Sequence record: PQ133007
Length of the DNA: 44,212 bases
Direction: 5' to 3' (one strand)
Origin: Escherichia phage Henu5_1
The notes beneath the pieces were generated by a model, which was given only the letters and a program-made list of their open reading frames with translations, ran no database searches and was not told the DNA's origin. The position numbers were made by a program, and so were the translations under genes. This document shows positions 17,415 to 28,100 of this stretch, piece by piece. The stretch's first letter is position 1. The number at the start of each line of letters is the position of its first letter.

Positions 17415-17836
17415 TGAGCAATACCGTAATCCGCAAAGCGCTTAACAGCGTGGTTGAAGAGTTATCGGCAAGCCTGAGCACAAGCCAGCGTCCGATTAGG
17501 GTTAACTGGGAGAACGTGAGTGGCGACCACGCAAACGGCAGCGGGGTCTACCTGGAACCGTACCTGCTACCGGCCCCGACCCAGTTTGTGGGCTTACAGC
17601 AGAAAGGCCGGATCTATGCTGGCGTATATCAGGTTGCCGTGGTGTTCCCTGCGGGCACTGGCACACAGTACGCGAGCGAACTGGCGGACGCCATCGCTAC
17701 GTCGGATAAGTGGCTGGCGGTAAAGATTTCCGGAGCGACCTTCCAGCTTCAGGACGCGCCATACACCAGTTCCGTGATTGAGGACGTCGATCGTGCTCGC
17801 ATCGTTGTTACAGTCCCCTACACCTGTTGCGCCTGA
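17414..17836 (+). CDS. Hypothetical structural protein (tail completion/neck)
   Basis: 140 aa, start overlaps upstream stop (ATGA). Confidence 0.5.
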   Translation: MSNTVIRKALNSVVEELSASLSTSQRPIRVNWENVSGDHANGSGVYLEPYLLPAPTQFVGLQQKGRIYAGVYQVAVVFPAGTGTQYASELADAIATSDKWLAVKISGATFQLQDAPYTSSVIEDVDRARIVVTVPYTCCA

Positions 17837-17897
17837 TTTGGCGCAATTCTGCGCGTGCTGTATCATTAAACCGTATATCTAAACAGGAGCGTTCATT

Positions 17898-18623
17898 ATG
17901 GGTTATCAACTTCCTAACGGGTCCAGCGTCCAGATTGGGTCCGTACTGGGCAGCGGCATCGCTGTTACGGCAGCTACCAACGCTGCCGCGCCGATCTCTG
18001 ACCTTACGCAAGGTTGCGTAATTACCTGCGCGGCTTCGCATGGCCTGGTTGTAGGCGACGTTGTTATGTTCACTAAAACCCCGTGGGTCCGTGCGCTGAA
18101 CCGCGCGTTCATCGTGGGTAAAGTAGCCGAGAACGCTGTTACGCTGGCGCGTTTCGACACCTCGGACGTCACCAAATACCCGACCGGTGCTTTCGGCGTA
18201 GGCACACCAGGCGAAGTGGTGAAGGTGTCGAACTTTATCGATTTCCCGTTTATCACTAACGTCGCCGTGTCTGGGGGCGACCAGCAGACCACCACTTTCC
18301 AGCCGTTGCAGGTGAATACCGCGATCAGTCTGAATACCACGAAAAACCCGTTGGTCCAGACCTACACTTTCACCCACGACGAAGAAGACCCGATCCGCCC
18401 GATTCTGGAAGACCTGGACGACACACAGAAAACCACTGTGATTAAGTTCACTAACCCGGCAGCGGCAAGCGGCAAAGGTGAGATCCGCATTTACCCGGCT
18501 AAGGTGTCTTTCCAGAAGATTCCATCTGCTGAAGTAAACAACGTGGAGACGGTGGAGTCCACCCTCACTATGCAGTCCGATATGGTTATCTACCGTAAGG
18601 ACTTGGTCGAGGCGCTGTCGTAA
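17898..18623 (+). CDS. Major tail protein (putative)
   Basis: 241 aa, AGGAG RBS, followed by strong terminator and chaperone/tape-measure genes. Confidence 0.6.
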   Translation: MGYQLPNGSSVQIGSVLGSGIAVTAATNAAAPISDLTQGCVITCAASHGLVVGDVVMFTKTPWVRALNRAFIVGKVAENAVTLARFDTSDVTKYPTGAFGVGTPGEVVKVSNFIDFPFITNVAVSGGDQQTTTFQPLQVNTAISLNTTKNPLVQTYTFTHDEEDPIRPILEDLDDTQKTTVIKFTNPAAASGKGEIRIYPAKVSFQKIPSAEVNNVETVESTLTMQSDMVIYRKDLVEALS

Positions 18624-18653
18624 TTTGGTCGCTTAAATAGCGGGTGTTAATAT

Positions 18654-18677
18654 GGGGCCAGTACGGCCCCTTTTTTT
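18654..18677 (+). terminator. Rho-independent terminator after major tail gene
   Basis: GGGGCC-AGTAC-GGCCCC followed by TTTTTTT. Confidence 0.7.
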
Positions 18678-18693
18678 ATTGGAGAATACCACA

Positions 18694-19056
18694 ATGGCTA
18701 AAGCACCACTCTTTACACTTGACCCTAAGCCGACTTTTAAGCTACCGATTGAGATCCCGCGCCCCGGAGAAAACGAACCTGGCAAAATGACGTTTACCGT
18801 GCGCCACCGTCCGATCGACGAGTTTTCGCAGACCATGCAGGATACTGAGCGCAAGTTGTCAGAATATGACGACAATGACCCGGACGGCTTTAATGTTATG
18901 GTCGAGGCCATCATGCACGTCGCTGAAGGCTGGAATTTGCCGGACGAATTTAATGCAGCCAACGTCCGCCGCCTGGTAGTCAACTACCCGCGCGCGTTCG
19001 GCGTGTTCCATACGTCGTACTACCTCGAATTGATGGGGTTGCGTGAAAAAAACTAA
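18694..19056 (+). CDS. Tail assembly chaperone (G-like)
   Basis: ATG 18694 with GGAGA RBS; position just upstream of tape measure; ends at slippery A7 run. Confidence 0.6.
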   Translation: MAKAPLFTLDPKPTFKLPIEIPRPGENEPGKMTFTVRHRPIDEFSQTMQDTERKLSEYDDNDPDGFNVMVEAIMHVAEGWNLPDEFNAANVRRLVVNYPRAFGVFHTSYYLELMGLREKN

Positions 19057-19370
19057 TTGAGGCGGCGCGGCGCTTTTACGGCCCGCCGCCACCCTCCGAA
19101 GATTTAGCCGCTAGTTTATGGGGCGCGACACCTGAAGACGTGTGTCCCCCCGTTGCGCTGTGGCCCGACAACGCGAAGGTAGTCGCAGTCTTCACAGATT
19201 GCTCCACGCAATGGCGTACCGGATTCGGTGGCGCATACGGCATCGACTACGGCGTACTGGAATGGCTATTTAAGATGCACGGCATCGAAAACGCGCAGCG
19301 TGCGTTTAAAGATATCAAGCTAATGGAACGCGTTGCGCTGGATGAAATGGCGCGGAAGAACCCCGCATAA
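18694..19370 (+). CDS. Tail assembly chaperone -1 frameshift fusion product (GT-like, predicted)
   Basis: Slippery heptamer A AAA AAC at 19047-19053 just before stop; -1 frame open from 19047 into track ORF 19140-19370. Confidence 0.5.
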
Positions 19371-19374
19371 CGAA

Positions 19375-19690
19375 GCGGGACAGGCGGGATGTCCCGTTTT
19401 GTCCCGCCACCATTAAACCGCATATATACTCACTTTCATTGCATAAACTAAAAGCGGGACGAGGGTGCTGTCCCGATCTGTCCCGCACCTTAAAAGTGAA
19501 TAGCTATGTGGTTTTTCTGCATAAAACAAACGGGACAGAAAGCGGGACAGAATGAGGCGGGACAAAGCGGGACAGCACCCCTGTCCCCGTCAGTGCTGCC
19601 GCGGGTTTTAGCCGATCGGGACAGGCGGGACAAAGCCCAGTCTTTCAGACTAGACGGGGGTCGATAGCCCCCCTCGTCTGAGACTGAATA
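19375..19690. repeat. GGGACA/TGTCCC repeat module (copy 2), about 12 copies plus conserved hairpin 19638-19686
   Basis: Direct and inverted GCGGGACA copies; 19495-19690 aligns with 2665-2870. Confidence 0.7.
19376..19400 (+). terminator. Rho-independent terminator built from GGGACA inverted repeat
   Basis: CGGGACA-GGCGGGA-TGTCCCG followed by TTTT directly after stop at 19370. Confidence 0.5.
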
Positions 19691-19754
19691 AGGTTTGTTT
19701 TAAATTCGCTGATACAATGACCGACGGCAACTGCATAAAAAGGGGGACTGCATA

Positions 19755-22397
19755 ATGGCAGATCAGGCAGCGGGCATCACGCTCAAGGCGGACGTCGCGC
19801 AAATCAAAACGGCTAATACTGTGCTGGACACATTTGCGCAGAAATCCGAGAACACAGAACAGAAAGTAAAAAAATTAAACGACACCCTCGGCAAGTCGAA
19901 AAAGGTCACTGGTGACGCCGCGGGCGGAATGGAAAAGTTAGCGACTGAATCGCAGCGCGCCGCCGACGGCATGACGAAACAGGAGCGACTCGCCAGCCGA
20001 TTAGGCATGTCGACCAAAAACCTGGGATTCGCATCGCGTAACGCCGCATTCCAGTTACAGGATATCGCTGTTACGCTTGAGATGGGTATGCCGGTGCACC
20101 GCGTTATGCTTCAGCAGCTACCGCAGCTTACTGGGGCGTTTGGCGGACTGGGAAACACGCTGCGTTATGTCGTTGGCACACTCGGCCCGTTAGGGATCGG
20201 CATCGCTGCCGTAACGGCAACGCTCGGCGTAGGGGTGGCAATTACGACACGCGCAGAGAACCAGGTGGCGGCGCTTAATAAGACACTGGCGTTGTCCGGT
20301 AATATTTCAGGCCTCACCGCTAACCAGATCCTGGTGCTATCAGAGAACGCCGAGCGGATGGGCGGATCATTTCGCAAGACGCGTGACACAATCCAGGCGC
20401 TGGCGGCGGCGGGTGTGAAAGCGGGTGGTGACTTCGGCGCATTGGCTAAGGTAGTGAATGACTTTGCGAAGGTGTCCAGCCAGCCGATCGAAGATGTGGT
20501 CGCGGCGGTGGCGAAGCTGTCAACCGACCCGGTAGGCGGCTTGCGCGCACTGGCGGATAAGTATCACGTTGTAAACGAAGCGCAGATCCAGCAGGTGCAG
20601 TCGTTGGTGGATATGGGGCGCGAGACAGATGCGGTTGCGTTGGCTAACAAAACCGCCGCCGCGTCGTTCACCACTATGACCAACGATATCAAGGCGAACA
20701 TGGGTACGCTTGAGCGATCTATGAACGTCGTCACATCGGCAGCTAAATCCGTGTGGGACGCCATCCTGGATGTGGGTCGCGCGCAGTCCTCCAATGAGTC
20801 AGAGATGAAAGCGCGTGAATCCTTGCAGCGCATGACCACTGCTTACTATGCCGAGATGAAAGCGGTAAACGCTGCCGGTGGGGTTATGACCGAAGCGCAG
20901 AAAGCACGTATTAACATGCTTTACAGCGAACTGGTCGCCCAGGAGAAAGTAGTGGCGTCGCTCACCCTGCGCAACCGCGCCGAGCGTGACAACGCCCGCG
21001 CCGCAGACGAATCCGCAAAGGCGAACGAGGAGGCCAACCGCACCGCCCGCGACCGCTCTGCGTTCGAGAAGGAGTACGCAACCAACGCGAAGAAGCGCGC
21101 AGACGAGATCGCCCGCCTCAATTTGCTGAATAAGCGCGGCGTTATTGACGAGAAAGAGCTTGCTGAGGCGGTTAAGCAGGTAAACGCGCGTTACAAAGAC
21201 CCGGCCCCGAAGAAGGCCGCGGCTGTTCGCGTGGATGCCGGTATGAAAATGCTGGAAGTCGCACGGAGCGAACTGGCCCAGCTTCGAGAATCCGGCAAGC
21301 AGATCGAAGCCAACGCGTCTACGCAGACCCGCACGCAACGCGCTCAAGCGGCCTTAAACAAGCTGATCGCCGACAATGAGCAGTTAATCGCTGCGAGCAA
21401 AGAAAGAGCGCTAACGGCAGCCGAAAAGCAGCAGATGGTCGAATTCGGACGCGTGAAGGAAGTGCGCGAGCAGATCGTCGAAGAAGCCAAATTGCTGGAC
21501 GCGAAAGAGAAGCAGGTTAAGGCGCACGCGCAGATCGATGCCTTCGTCAAGAACCAGAACGCTGAACTAAAAGCCACCGCCGCGGGCTATGCGCTTTCCA
21601 CTCGCGAAGCGGCAAACCTGCGCGAAGAATTGCAGCTAATTGACCGCCTGAAGCGGGTTGGCGCTAACGATACCGATATTGACAAGGCGGTGTCTAAGCT
21701 GCGCGAAGTGCAGGAAGCACAGACCGGCGCTAACGCCTCGCTATGGGATGGCTTCAGCCGCGGGCTTAAGGATAGCGTGGATGATATTGGTAATGGATAT
21801 ACGCAGATGGCGTCGCTCACAAAATTCACGTTCAGCGCTATGCAAGACACGATGAACGAGTTTTTCGAGACGGGCAAGCTGAACGCAAAGGATATGGTTA
21901 AGTCCATCCTTAGCGAATTAATCAAGCTGGCTACCTCGCAGGCGTTCAAGTCGATCGTTAGCGCTTTTGGTGGCGACGGCGGCAAAAACGGATTGTTCGG
22001 CGCTATCTTCTCGGGCCTCACCAAGAATGCGGACGGCGGAGCGTACGCAGGAGGCAATCTAGCGGCCTATTCTGGGAAAGTGGTAAGCCAGCCTACCTTT
22101 TTTAGTTATGGCGTCCAGGCGTTCGCTAAGGGCGCAGGATTGATGGGTGAGGCTGGACCCGAGGCCATCATGCCACTGAAGCGCGGGCCGGACGGGAAAC
22201 TTGGCGTTGCCGCGTCGGGTGCGGGCGGTGGTATGGTCGTGACGACTAACGTTTACACTGGGGCCGGCAAAACAGACACCAGTGTGAGCGGCCCAGACCC
22301 CCGTACAGCGCAGGCGTTCGGCAAGCAAATCACCGAGGCGGTCAAGGCCGAGATCGTGAAGGCAACGAAACCGGGTGGTGTACTTTACAAACGATGA
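19755..22397 (+). CDS. Tail tape measure protein
   Basis: 880 aa, alpha-helical Ala/Gln/Lys-rich with coiled-coil character, C-terminal Gly-rich segment; AGGGGGA RBS. Confidence 0.85.
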   Translation: MADQAAGITLKADVAQIKTANTVLDTFAQKSENTEQKVKKLNDTLGKSKKVTGDAAGGMEKLATESQRAADGMTKQERLASRLGMSTKNLGFASRNAAFQLQDIAVTLEMGMPVHRVMLQQLPQLTGAFGGLGNTLRYVVGTLGPLGIGIAAVTATLGVGVAITTRAENQVAALNKTLALSGNISGLTANQILVLSENAERMGGSFRKTRDTIQALAAAGVKAGGDFGALAKVVNDFAKVSSQPIEDVVAAVAKLSTDPVGGLRALADKYHVVNEAQIQQVQSLVDMGRETDAVALANKTAAASFTTMTNDIKANMGTLERSMNVVTSAAKSVWDAILDVGRAQSSNESEMKARESLQRMTTAYYAEMKAVNAAGGVMTEAQKARINMLYSELVAQEKVVASLTLRNRAERDNARAADESAKANEEANRTARDRSAFEKEYATNAKKRADEIARLNLLNKRGVIDEKELAEAVKQVNARYKDPAPKKAAAVRVDAGMKMLEVARSELAQLRESGKQIEANASTQTRTQRAQAALNKLIADNEQLIAASKERALTAAEKQQMVEFGRVKEVREQIVEEAKLLDAKEKQVKAHAQIDAFVKNQNAELKATAAGYALSTREAANLREELQLIDRLKRVGANDTDIDKAVSKLREVQEAQTGANASLWDGFSRGLKDSVDDIGNGYTQMASLTKFTFSAMQDTMNEFFETGKLNAKDMVKSILSELIKLATSQAFKSIVSAFGGDGGKNGLFGAIFSGLTKNADGGAYAGGNLAAYSGKVVSQPTFFSYGVQAFAKGAGLMGEAGPEAIMPLKRGPDGKLGVAASGAGGGMVVTTNVYTGAGKTDTSVSGPDPRTAQAFGKQITEAVKAEIVKATKPGGVLYKR

Positions 22398-22404
22398 TAA
22401 AATG

Positions 22405-22432
22405 GCCCTCACTACAGCGTGGGGGCTTTTTT
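22405..22432 (+). terminator. Possible terminator/attenuator after tape measure
   Basis: Imperfect 8-bp stem followed by TTTTTT; RBS of next gene lies in the stem. Confidence 0.35.
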
Positions 22433-23032
22433 ATGTCACAAGGTACAATCACACTAACGAAAGGAAGTAAGACCGTCACGGGCGCGGGAACGGCGTTCTT
22501 GAGCGAGGTCGGGAAGGTACGCGTATTCGCCCGCATCGACGGCAACGACTACACCGGCAAAATTGCGGCGTTCAACTCGAACACGGTCATTACCCTGGAA
22601 GATAACTGGGCAGGTCCGACAAAAGCCGGTGCGGCTTATGAGTTGATCGAAGCGCACGACCCGAGGTCAAACGAATGGCCCTATTACTGGCACATGCAAT
22701 TGCAGGGCGGTGGCGACGTGCAGTTAGCTTTCCGGTCGGAGGAATTGCAATTCGGTAATGGCTACGGGCAGAACATAGCGGACGGCCCGAACGCCGAAAC
22801 GAAACAGTTCCCCGTGCAATTCGTCGGGCTGACTACCGACAAATGGTGCAACCCTAAACTGGTTTACAACTTCCTTCGTGGGCACTTCGTCAAGCCGTTT
22901 GTCGTTACCGCGCCGGATGGCGAAACAGGTTTATTCGTGGTCGAGCGTTCGAGCTTGTCGTACACTGACAACGGGCACTACACGGCAACGGTATCCGCCA
23001 CCCTGAAAACGGCTATTGGATTCGTAAGATGA
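22433..23032 (+). CDS. Minor tail protein (lambda gpM-like position)
   Basis: ATG 22433 inside track ORF 22394-23032 (22394 is an alternative start); first gene after tape measure. Confidence 0.5.
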   Translation: MSQGTITLTKGSKTVTGAGTAFLSEVGKVRVFARIDGNDYTGKIAAFNSNTVITLEDNWAGPTKAGAAYELIEAHDPRSNEWPYYWHMQLQGGGDVQLAFRSEELQFGNGYGQNIADGPNAETKQFPVQFVGLTTDKWCNPKLVYNFLRGHFVKPFVVTAPDGETGLFVVERSSLSYTDNGHYTATVSATLKTAIGFVR

Positions 23033-23817
23033 ATAAACTCTATAGTGAAGCGACGCGCTTTGACCCCTCTGGACGCGTTCGCCTGATTCACATTGACGCG
23101 CAGGACGTGGAACCCGGCGACGGCGCGATCGGCGCGGGCCACCACTATTTTCATTACTGCTTCATTCCACACACTGCGGAGGATATTGCTGCCGCTGGTG
23201 GTGACGAGGACAAGCTAAAACCTAAATCCATCTTCTTCGGCGGGCAGGAGTTTGAATTTTGGCCCTTCGATTTGTCCGGCCTCAACTTCTCCACATCAAC
23301 GGCAGCAGAACCGCAGCTGACCATTGTCGATATTGGCGGAATAATCACCAGGCTGTCGCTGAATCACGACCAGCTACTGGGCGCGAAGGTTGAGATCATT
23401 GATACGTTCGCGAAGTTCCTGGACAACGGGACAGACCCAGACCCGACGCAGAAACGAGTCCAGGAGTATTACATCGACTCGCAGGTCGGGCGCAATCCGG
23501 GCAAGCAAATCACCTTCGCACTATCCTCACCTGCGGATATGGAAGGGCAGGTCGTTCCACGTCGCCAAATCATGAACATGTGCGAATGGGCGCTCAACGG
23601 GAAGTACGCCAGCGGGGACGGTTGCACTTGGAACCTTGCGCAGCCAGGCATCAAGTATTACGACGAACGCGGAAACGAAGTCATCGCAATGAATATGGAC
23701 AGATGCGGTGGCTGTTTGTCAGATTGTTATCTTCGTTTTGGTCAGGGGCTTGCCGACCCGAAAGCTGCGGTGCTGGACTTCGGTGGTTTTCCAGGGTCCA
23801 AATTGATTAAGGGGTAG
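23029..23817 (+). CDS. Minor tail protein L-like
   Basis: 262 aa with C-terminal Cys cluster (C..C, CGGC..C) as in lambda gpL family; gene order M-L-K-I-J. Confidence 0.6.
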   Translation: MNKLYSEATRFDPSGRVRLIHIDAQDVEPGDGAIGAGHHYFHYCFIPHTAEDIAAAGGDEDKLKPKSIFFGGQEFEFWPFDLSGLNFSTSTAAEPQLTIVDIGGIITRLSLNHDQLLGAKVEIIDTFAKFLDNGTDPDPTQKRVQEYYIDSQVGRNPGKQITFALSSPADMEGQVVPRRQIMNMCEWALNGKYASGDGCTWNLAQPGIKYYDERGNEVIAMNMDRCGGCLSDCYLRFGQGLADPKAAVLDFGGFPGSKLIKG

Positions 23818-23819
23818 CC

Positions 23820-24554
23820 ATGTTAACGAAAAAGGTTAAAAGCGATATCGCCGCGCACGTTGCGGCATGTCTGCCGGAAGAAGCCTGTGGGCTGGTCGTC
23901 ATGGTGGGCCGCAAACAAGTATTTGTCCCGTGCATGAACGTATTCGAAGACCCAACCGGCGTGCGCTCACGCAAAGACGCGTTTACGATTAGTGATATGG
24001 CCTGGATGGATGCGGAGGATATGGGCGACGTCGTGCGCGTAGTCCACTCGCATCCAGGCCAGCGAGAGCTTACCCCCTCACTGGGCGACGTTAACGGATG
24101 CAACGGCAGCGGCGTAGTCTGGACCATCACTAACGAATATGGCGACTTTATCGAGATCGACCCTGAAGACCCGCCGCTGGTGGGGCGTCGATTTGTTCTC
24201 GGAATTACGGATTGTTACGGCCTCGTCATGGACTGGCACAAAAAGCAGGGCGTAAACCTGCCAGACTTCCGCGTGCCGTATAACTGGTGGGAGACAGGCG
24301 AAAATCTGTATATGGATAATTGGTACGGCGCAGGCTTCAGGGAATGCGAGGAGAATACGCCGGGGGCAATGGTCATCATGCAGATTAGCGCTCCAGTGCC
24401 TAACCATGCCGGGATATTCCTTCCGGGCAACCAATTACTGCACCATATCTACGGCAGTCTGTCGAGCGTTATACCCTTCCGGTCAGGATTTTTCCGCGAC
24501 AATGTGGTTAAATGGGTACGTCATAAAGACCTACCGGGGAATATCACAGAATGA
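23820..24554 (+). CDS. Tail assembly protein K-like (JAB/MPN plus NlpC/P60)
   Basis: HSHP metalloprotease-like motif and downstream Cys/His NlpC/P60-like residues; AAGGGG RBS. Confidence 0.65.
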   Translation: MLTKKVKSDIAAHVAACLPEEACGLVVMVGRKQVFVPCMNVFEDPTGVRSRKDAFTISDMAWMDAEDMGDVVRVVHSHPGQRELTPSLGDVNGCNGSGVVWTITNEYGDFIEIDPEDPPLVGRRFVLGITDCYGLVMDWHKKQGVNLPDFRVPYNWWETGENLYMDNWYGAGFRECEENTPGAMVIMQISAPVPNHAGIFLPGNQLLHHIYGSLSSVIPFRSGFFRDNVVKWVRHKDLPGNITE

Positions 24555-25162
24555 CAACGTTTAAATTGTACGGCGTCTTAGGGCGTCGTTTTGGTAAAGT
24601 GCATAAGCTGGACTGCTTCACACCGGGAGAAGGCATCACCGGCCTGTGTGTGAAGTTGCCAGGGTTACAAGACTTTTTAATGTCGGCCCACTTGGACAAT
24701 ATGATGTTCAAGGTGCGCAAAGGCAACCACACGATGACCGGTTATGATGAGCTTGGCGAGTTCCACGGCAACCGCGTCGTTACCATCGCGCCGGTTATGA
24801 CGGGGGCAAAAAGCGGACTGGGCCAATTGCTGGCGGGTGTCGCGATTGTAGTGGCGTCGTTCTATACGGGCGGACTTGCTACTGCCGCTTTCGGGGCTTC
24901 GGCGGCAACCGCTGCCGCTATCGGGACGGCTACGTTTTCGTTCGGCATGTCGCTTGCGCTGGGCGGGGCAATGCAATTGCTGTCGCCACAGCCGAAAGGA
25001 TTGCAGACACGGCAGGACGTGGATAACAAAGCGTCGTATGCGTTCGGCGTACCGGTAAACACGACCGCACAAGGTACGGCACTTGGTGTATTATGGGGCG
25101 AGCGTGAGATCGGCGGCGCTATTATTTCAGCCGGAATCGTAACCGAGGACTTGAACGAATGA
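24551..25162 (+). CDS. Tail assembly protein I-like
   Basis: 203 aa with Gly/Ala-rich hydrophobic C-terminal region; position between K-like and J-like genes. Confidence 0.55.
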   Translation: MTTFKLYGVLGRRFGKVHKLDCFTPGEGITGLCVKLPGLQDFLMSAHLDNMMFKVRKGNHTMTGYDELGEFHGNRVVTIAPVMTGAKSGLGQLLAGVAIVVASFYTGGLATAAFGASAATAAAIGTATFSFGMSLALGGAMQLLSPQPKGLQTRQDVDNKASYAFGVPVNTTAQGTALGVLWGEREIGGAIISAGIVTEDLNE

Positions 25163-28100
25163 CGATTGTATACGACGTCACAGGCCATAAAGGCGGCGGG
25201 GGGAAACAGCACACCCCACAGGAGACGCCTGATAGCCTGCATTCGCTGGCTAAAATCCGCATCTTGCTTGCGCTTGGTGAAGGGGAATTCGAAGGCATTA
25301 CGAGCGCCAGCGAATTGCGGCAGCGTGTATACCTGGACGGAACACCGATCCAGAACGCAGACCTGTCTGAAAACTTCCCCGGAGCGCGCGTGGAGTTCCG
25401 CCCCGGCACACAGCACCAGGATGTGATCCACGGATTTTCAGCGGTGGAAAGTGAGCAATCCGTTGGGGTAAAACTGGAGAACGGCACGCCGTGGGTGCGC
25501 CAGATTAACGACACCAGTCTTGACGCCGTGCGAATTCGCATCGGCATTCCGGCCCTGTACACAAACGAAGATAATGGCGACCTGGTGGGCGGGCGCATCG
25601 ACTATAAGATCGTTGTATATACGGATAACGCAGACCCGCGTGAGTTTACATTCGCTGCCGTTGGTAAAACAATGTCGCTGTACGAGCGCGATCACCGCAT
25701 CGAGCTACCGCCGAACGTTAACACCGGCTGGCGCGTGGAGGTGCACCGCATAACGGCAGACTCCACATCGGCGAAAGTGGTTAATGATATCCGGGTGCAA
25801 TCCATCACTGAGATTATCGACGCCCGCCTGCGTTACCCGCTAACCGCGCTGTTGTTCGTGGAGTTCGACGCTAAAGCGTTCCAGAACATCCCGCGCGTGT
25901 CCATTAAGTGCAAAGGTCGCAAGGTGTTGATCCCGAACAACTACGACCCGATTAATCATACCTATTCCGGGGACTGGGACGGCACGTTTAAACGCGCATG
26001 GACGGATAACCCTGCGTGGCACTGGTACGATATTTGTATTACTGAGCGCTTCGGCCTCGGTCGGCGTATCAAACCGCAAATGCTAAACCGATACGCGCTC
26101 TACCAGATTGCGCAGCGCTGCGATCAACTGGTCAGCGACGGCAACGGTGGTCGAGAGATCCGCTTTAAGAATGATATGTACATTCAGTCACAGACGGATG
26201 CCTGGACCGTGCTTAAGGATTTGGCTGCCATCTTCGCCGGAATGACCTGGTGGGGTAACCAGATGTTGAATATCGTCAGTGACCAACCGGTCGCAGCAGT
26301 GTCGCACACTATAACCAACGCATCGGTAATTGATGGGCGATTCGACTACGCATCCGGTAGCCAGAAAACGCGGTACTCCACTTTCGCGGTAGCCTACGGC
26401 AACCCGAAAAACCACTATGAGGACGCTATCGCAACGGGCCAGCGCGTCGAACTGGTGCGCCGCCATAAGATTAACCGTCTCGACATCACGGCTATCGGCT
26501 GTACGCGCGAATCCGAAGCGCAACGCCGCGGACACTGGGCGCTAATCTCAAACCAGCTTGACCAGCAGGTCAGCTTCAAGGTTGGCATGGAAGGTCTATT
26601 CTTTATTCCGGGTAGCGTAGTCGCGATCGCAGATACTAATATTTCTGGCGGATTCGAGACTCGCGGCGGTCGCCTGTTGTCAGACCCCGGCACGCGTACC
26701 GTGCTTAACACAGACAGCGAAATCACATTCCGCCCTGGTGATAAGTTCCTGGTACGCACCGATAGCGGAAATGTGGAGACTCGCGAGATCGCCAGCGTCA
26801 ACGGCAACAAGGTCACGCTAAAAACCGCACTGGATGCCGACCCGATTCCCAACCAGCCGTTTTGCGTTGATGGCGATGATATCCAGTTGCAGAAATTCCG
26901 CATCACCGATCTGGAATATGACGACTCTACCAGCACTTTCTCGGTGCGCGGGATTGAATACAACGATAGCAAGTATGATGCCGTTGATAATGGCGCTCGC
27001 CTTGATCCTGGTATCTTCACGCAAGTGCCAGACGGTGTAATGAAGGGGCCGGAATCCGTTACCATCACCCCGTCGCAGATCTCATCGCAGGGCCAGCTAA
27101 TCACCAACGTGGATATTGTTTTCCCGCCGGTGAAAGATGCCGTGGTGTATGAAATCCAGTGGCGGCGTACAAGCCTGCAGAATATGGAAATACAGTGGGG
27201 TAACGACTGGGTGAATATCCCACGCACGGCGTCGAATGGGGCGCACATCCCTAACGTGTTCTCCGGCAACTACCAGGCACGCGTCCGCGCAATTGGCATG
27301 GGCGAAATCTCGTCCCCATGGGTGTCTTCCGCGATCACGCCGGTGGAAGGTCGCCTCGGTGGGCTTAACGCACCAATCATCACCAACGCTATCTCGGGTC
27401 TGCACCAGATTCTATGGAAGTGGAATCACAACAACGCTGCGACTGATATCTCATACACCGAGCTTGAAGTGCGCAAGACTGGTGAGACGGAATGGAAGTT
27501 CTTAACAAACGTCCCGTATCCTGGCGCGGAGTACGCGCAAACGTCGCTGGAGTTCGGCATATACCAGCAGTTGCGCGCCCGTGTAGCGGATAAAATCGGC
27601 AACCTGTCGGACTGGTCGGCCCCGTTTGAAGGGCAGGTGAGTGACAAAGTTGACGAGTACATGAAGGGGCTTGATGACGAGTTCTTGACTTCCGAGGATG
27701 GTAAACGCTTCCAGGAAGCCATCGACACGATCCCGCAGGGTATTTACGAGGCGATGCTCACCGACGCGCAGCAATTGTTCAACGCCCGCGCCGAGTACAA
27801 GGGCATTTATGCGGAAATCAAGGTGGCGTATAACGTGGCGGCGGACGCCCACAAGGCGGTCGCTCAACTGGAGACGTTGATCGGCACGCGACTTGACGAT
27901 GCGGAAGCGGCGATCCACACGTTGCAGACAGCGCAAAGCACGCACGAGCAAGCCTTCGCCCAGTACCAGCAAACTGTTGCCGCTAAGTTCGGGGAACAGG
28001 AAGCTGCCATCCAGCAGGTACAAACGGCAACGGCAGACGTAGCGGGCGCGCTGGCGGAGTACAAGACCCAGGTAGCGGCACAGTTCGATCAGCAGTCTGC

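Noticed and set aside
22394-22432. Alternative start at 22394 (ATGA overlap with tape measure stop) for the gpM-like gene
   Set aside because: Would translate through a terminator-like hairpin; ATG 22433 with a GGGGG RBS is preferred, but the upstream start cannot be excluded.
26415-27269. Long antisense ORFs inside the J-like tail gene (26415-27269 and 27502-28404, minus strand)
   Set aside because: Fully contained in a long, well-supported plus-strand CDS in a GC-rich region; no RBS or promoter context; typical shadow ORFs.
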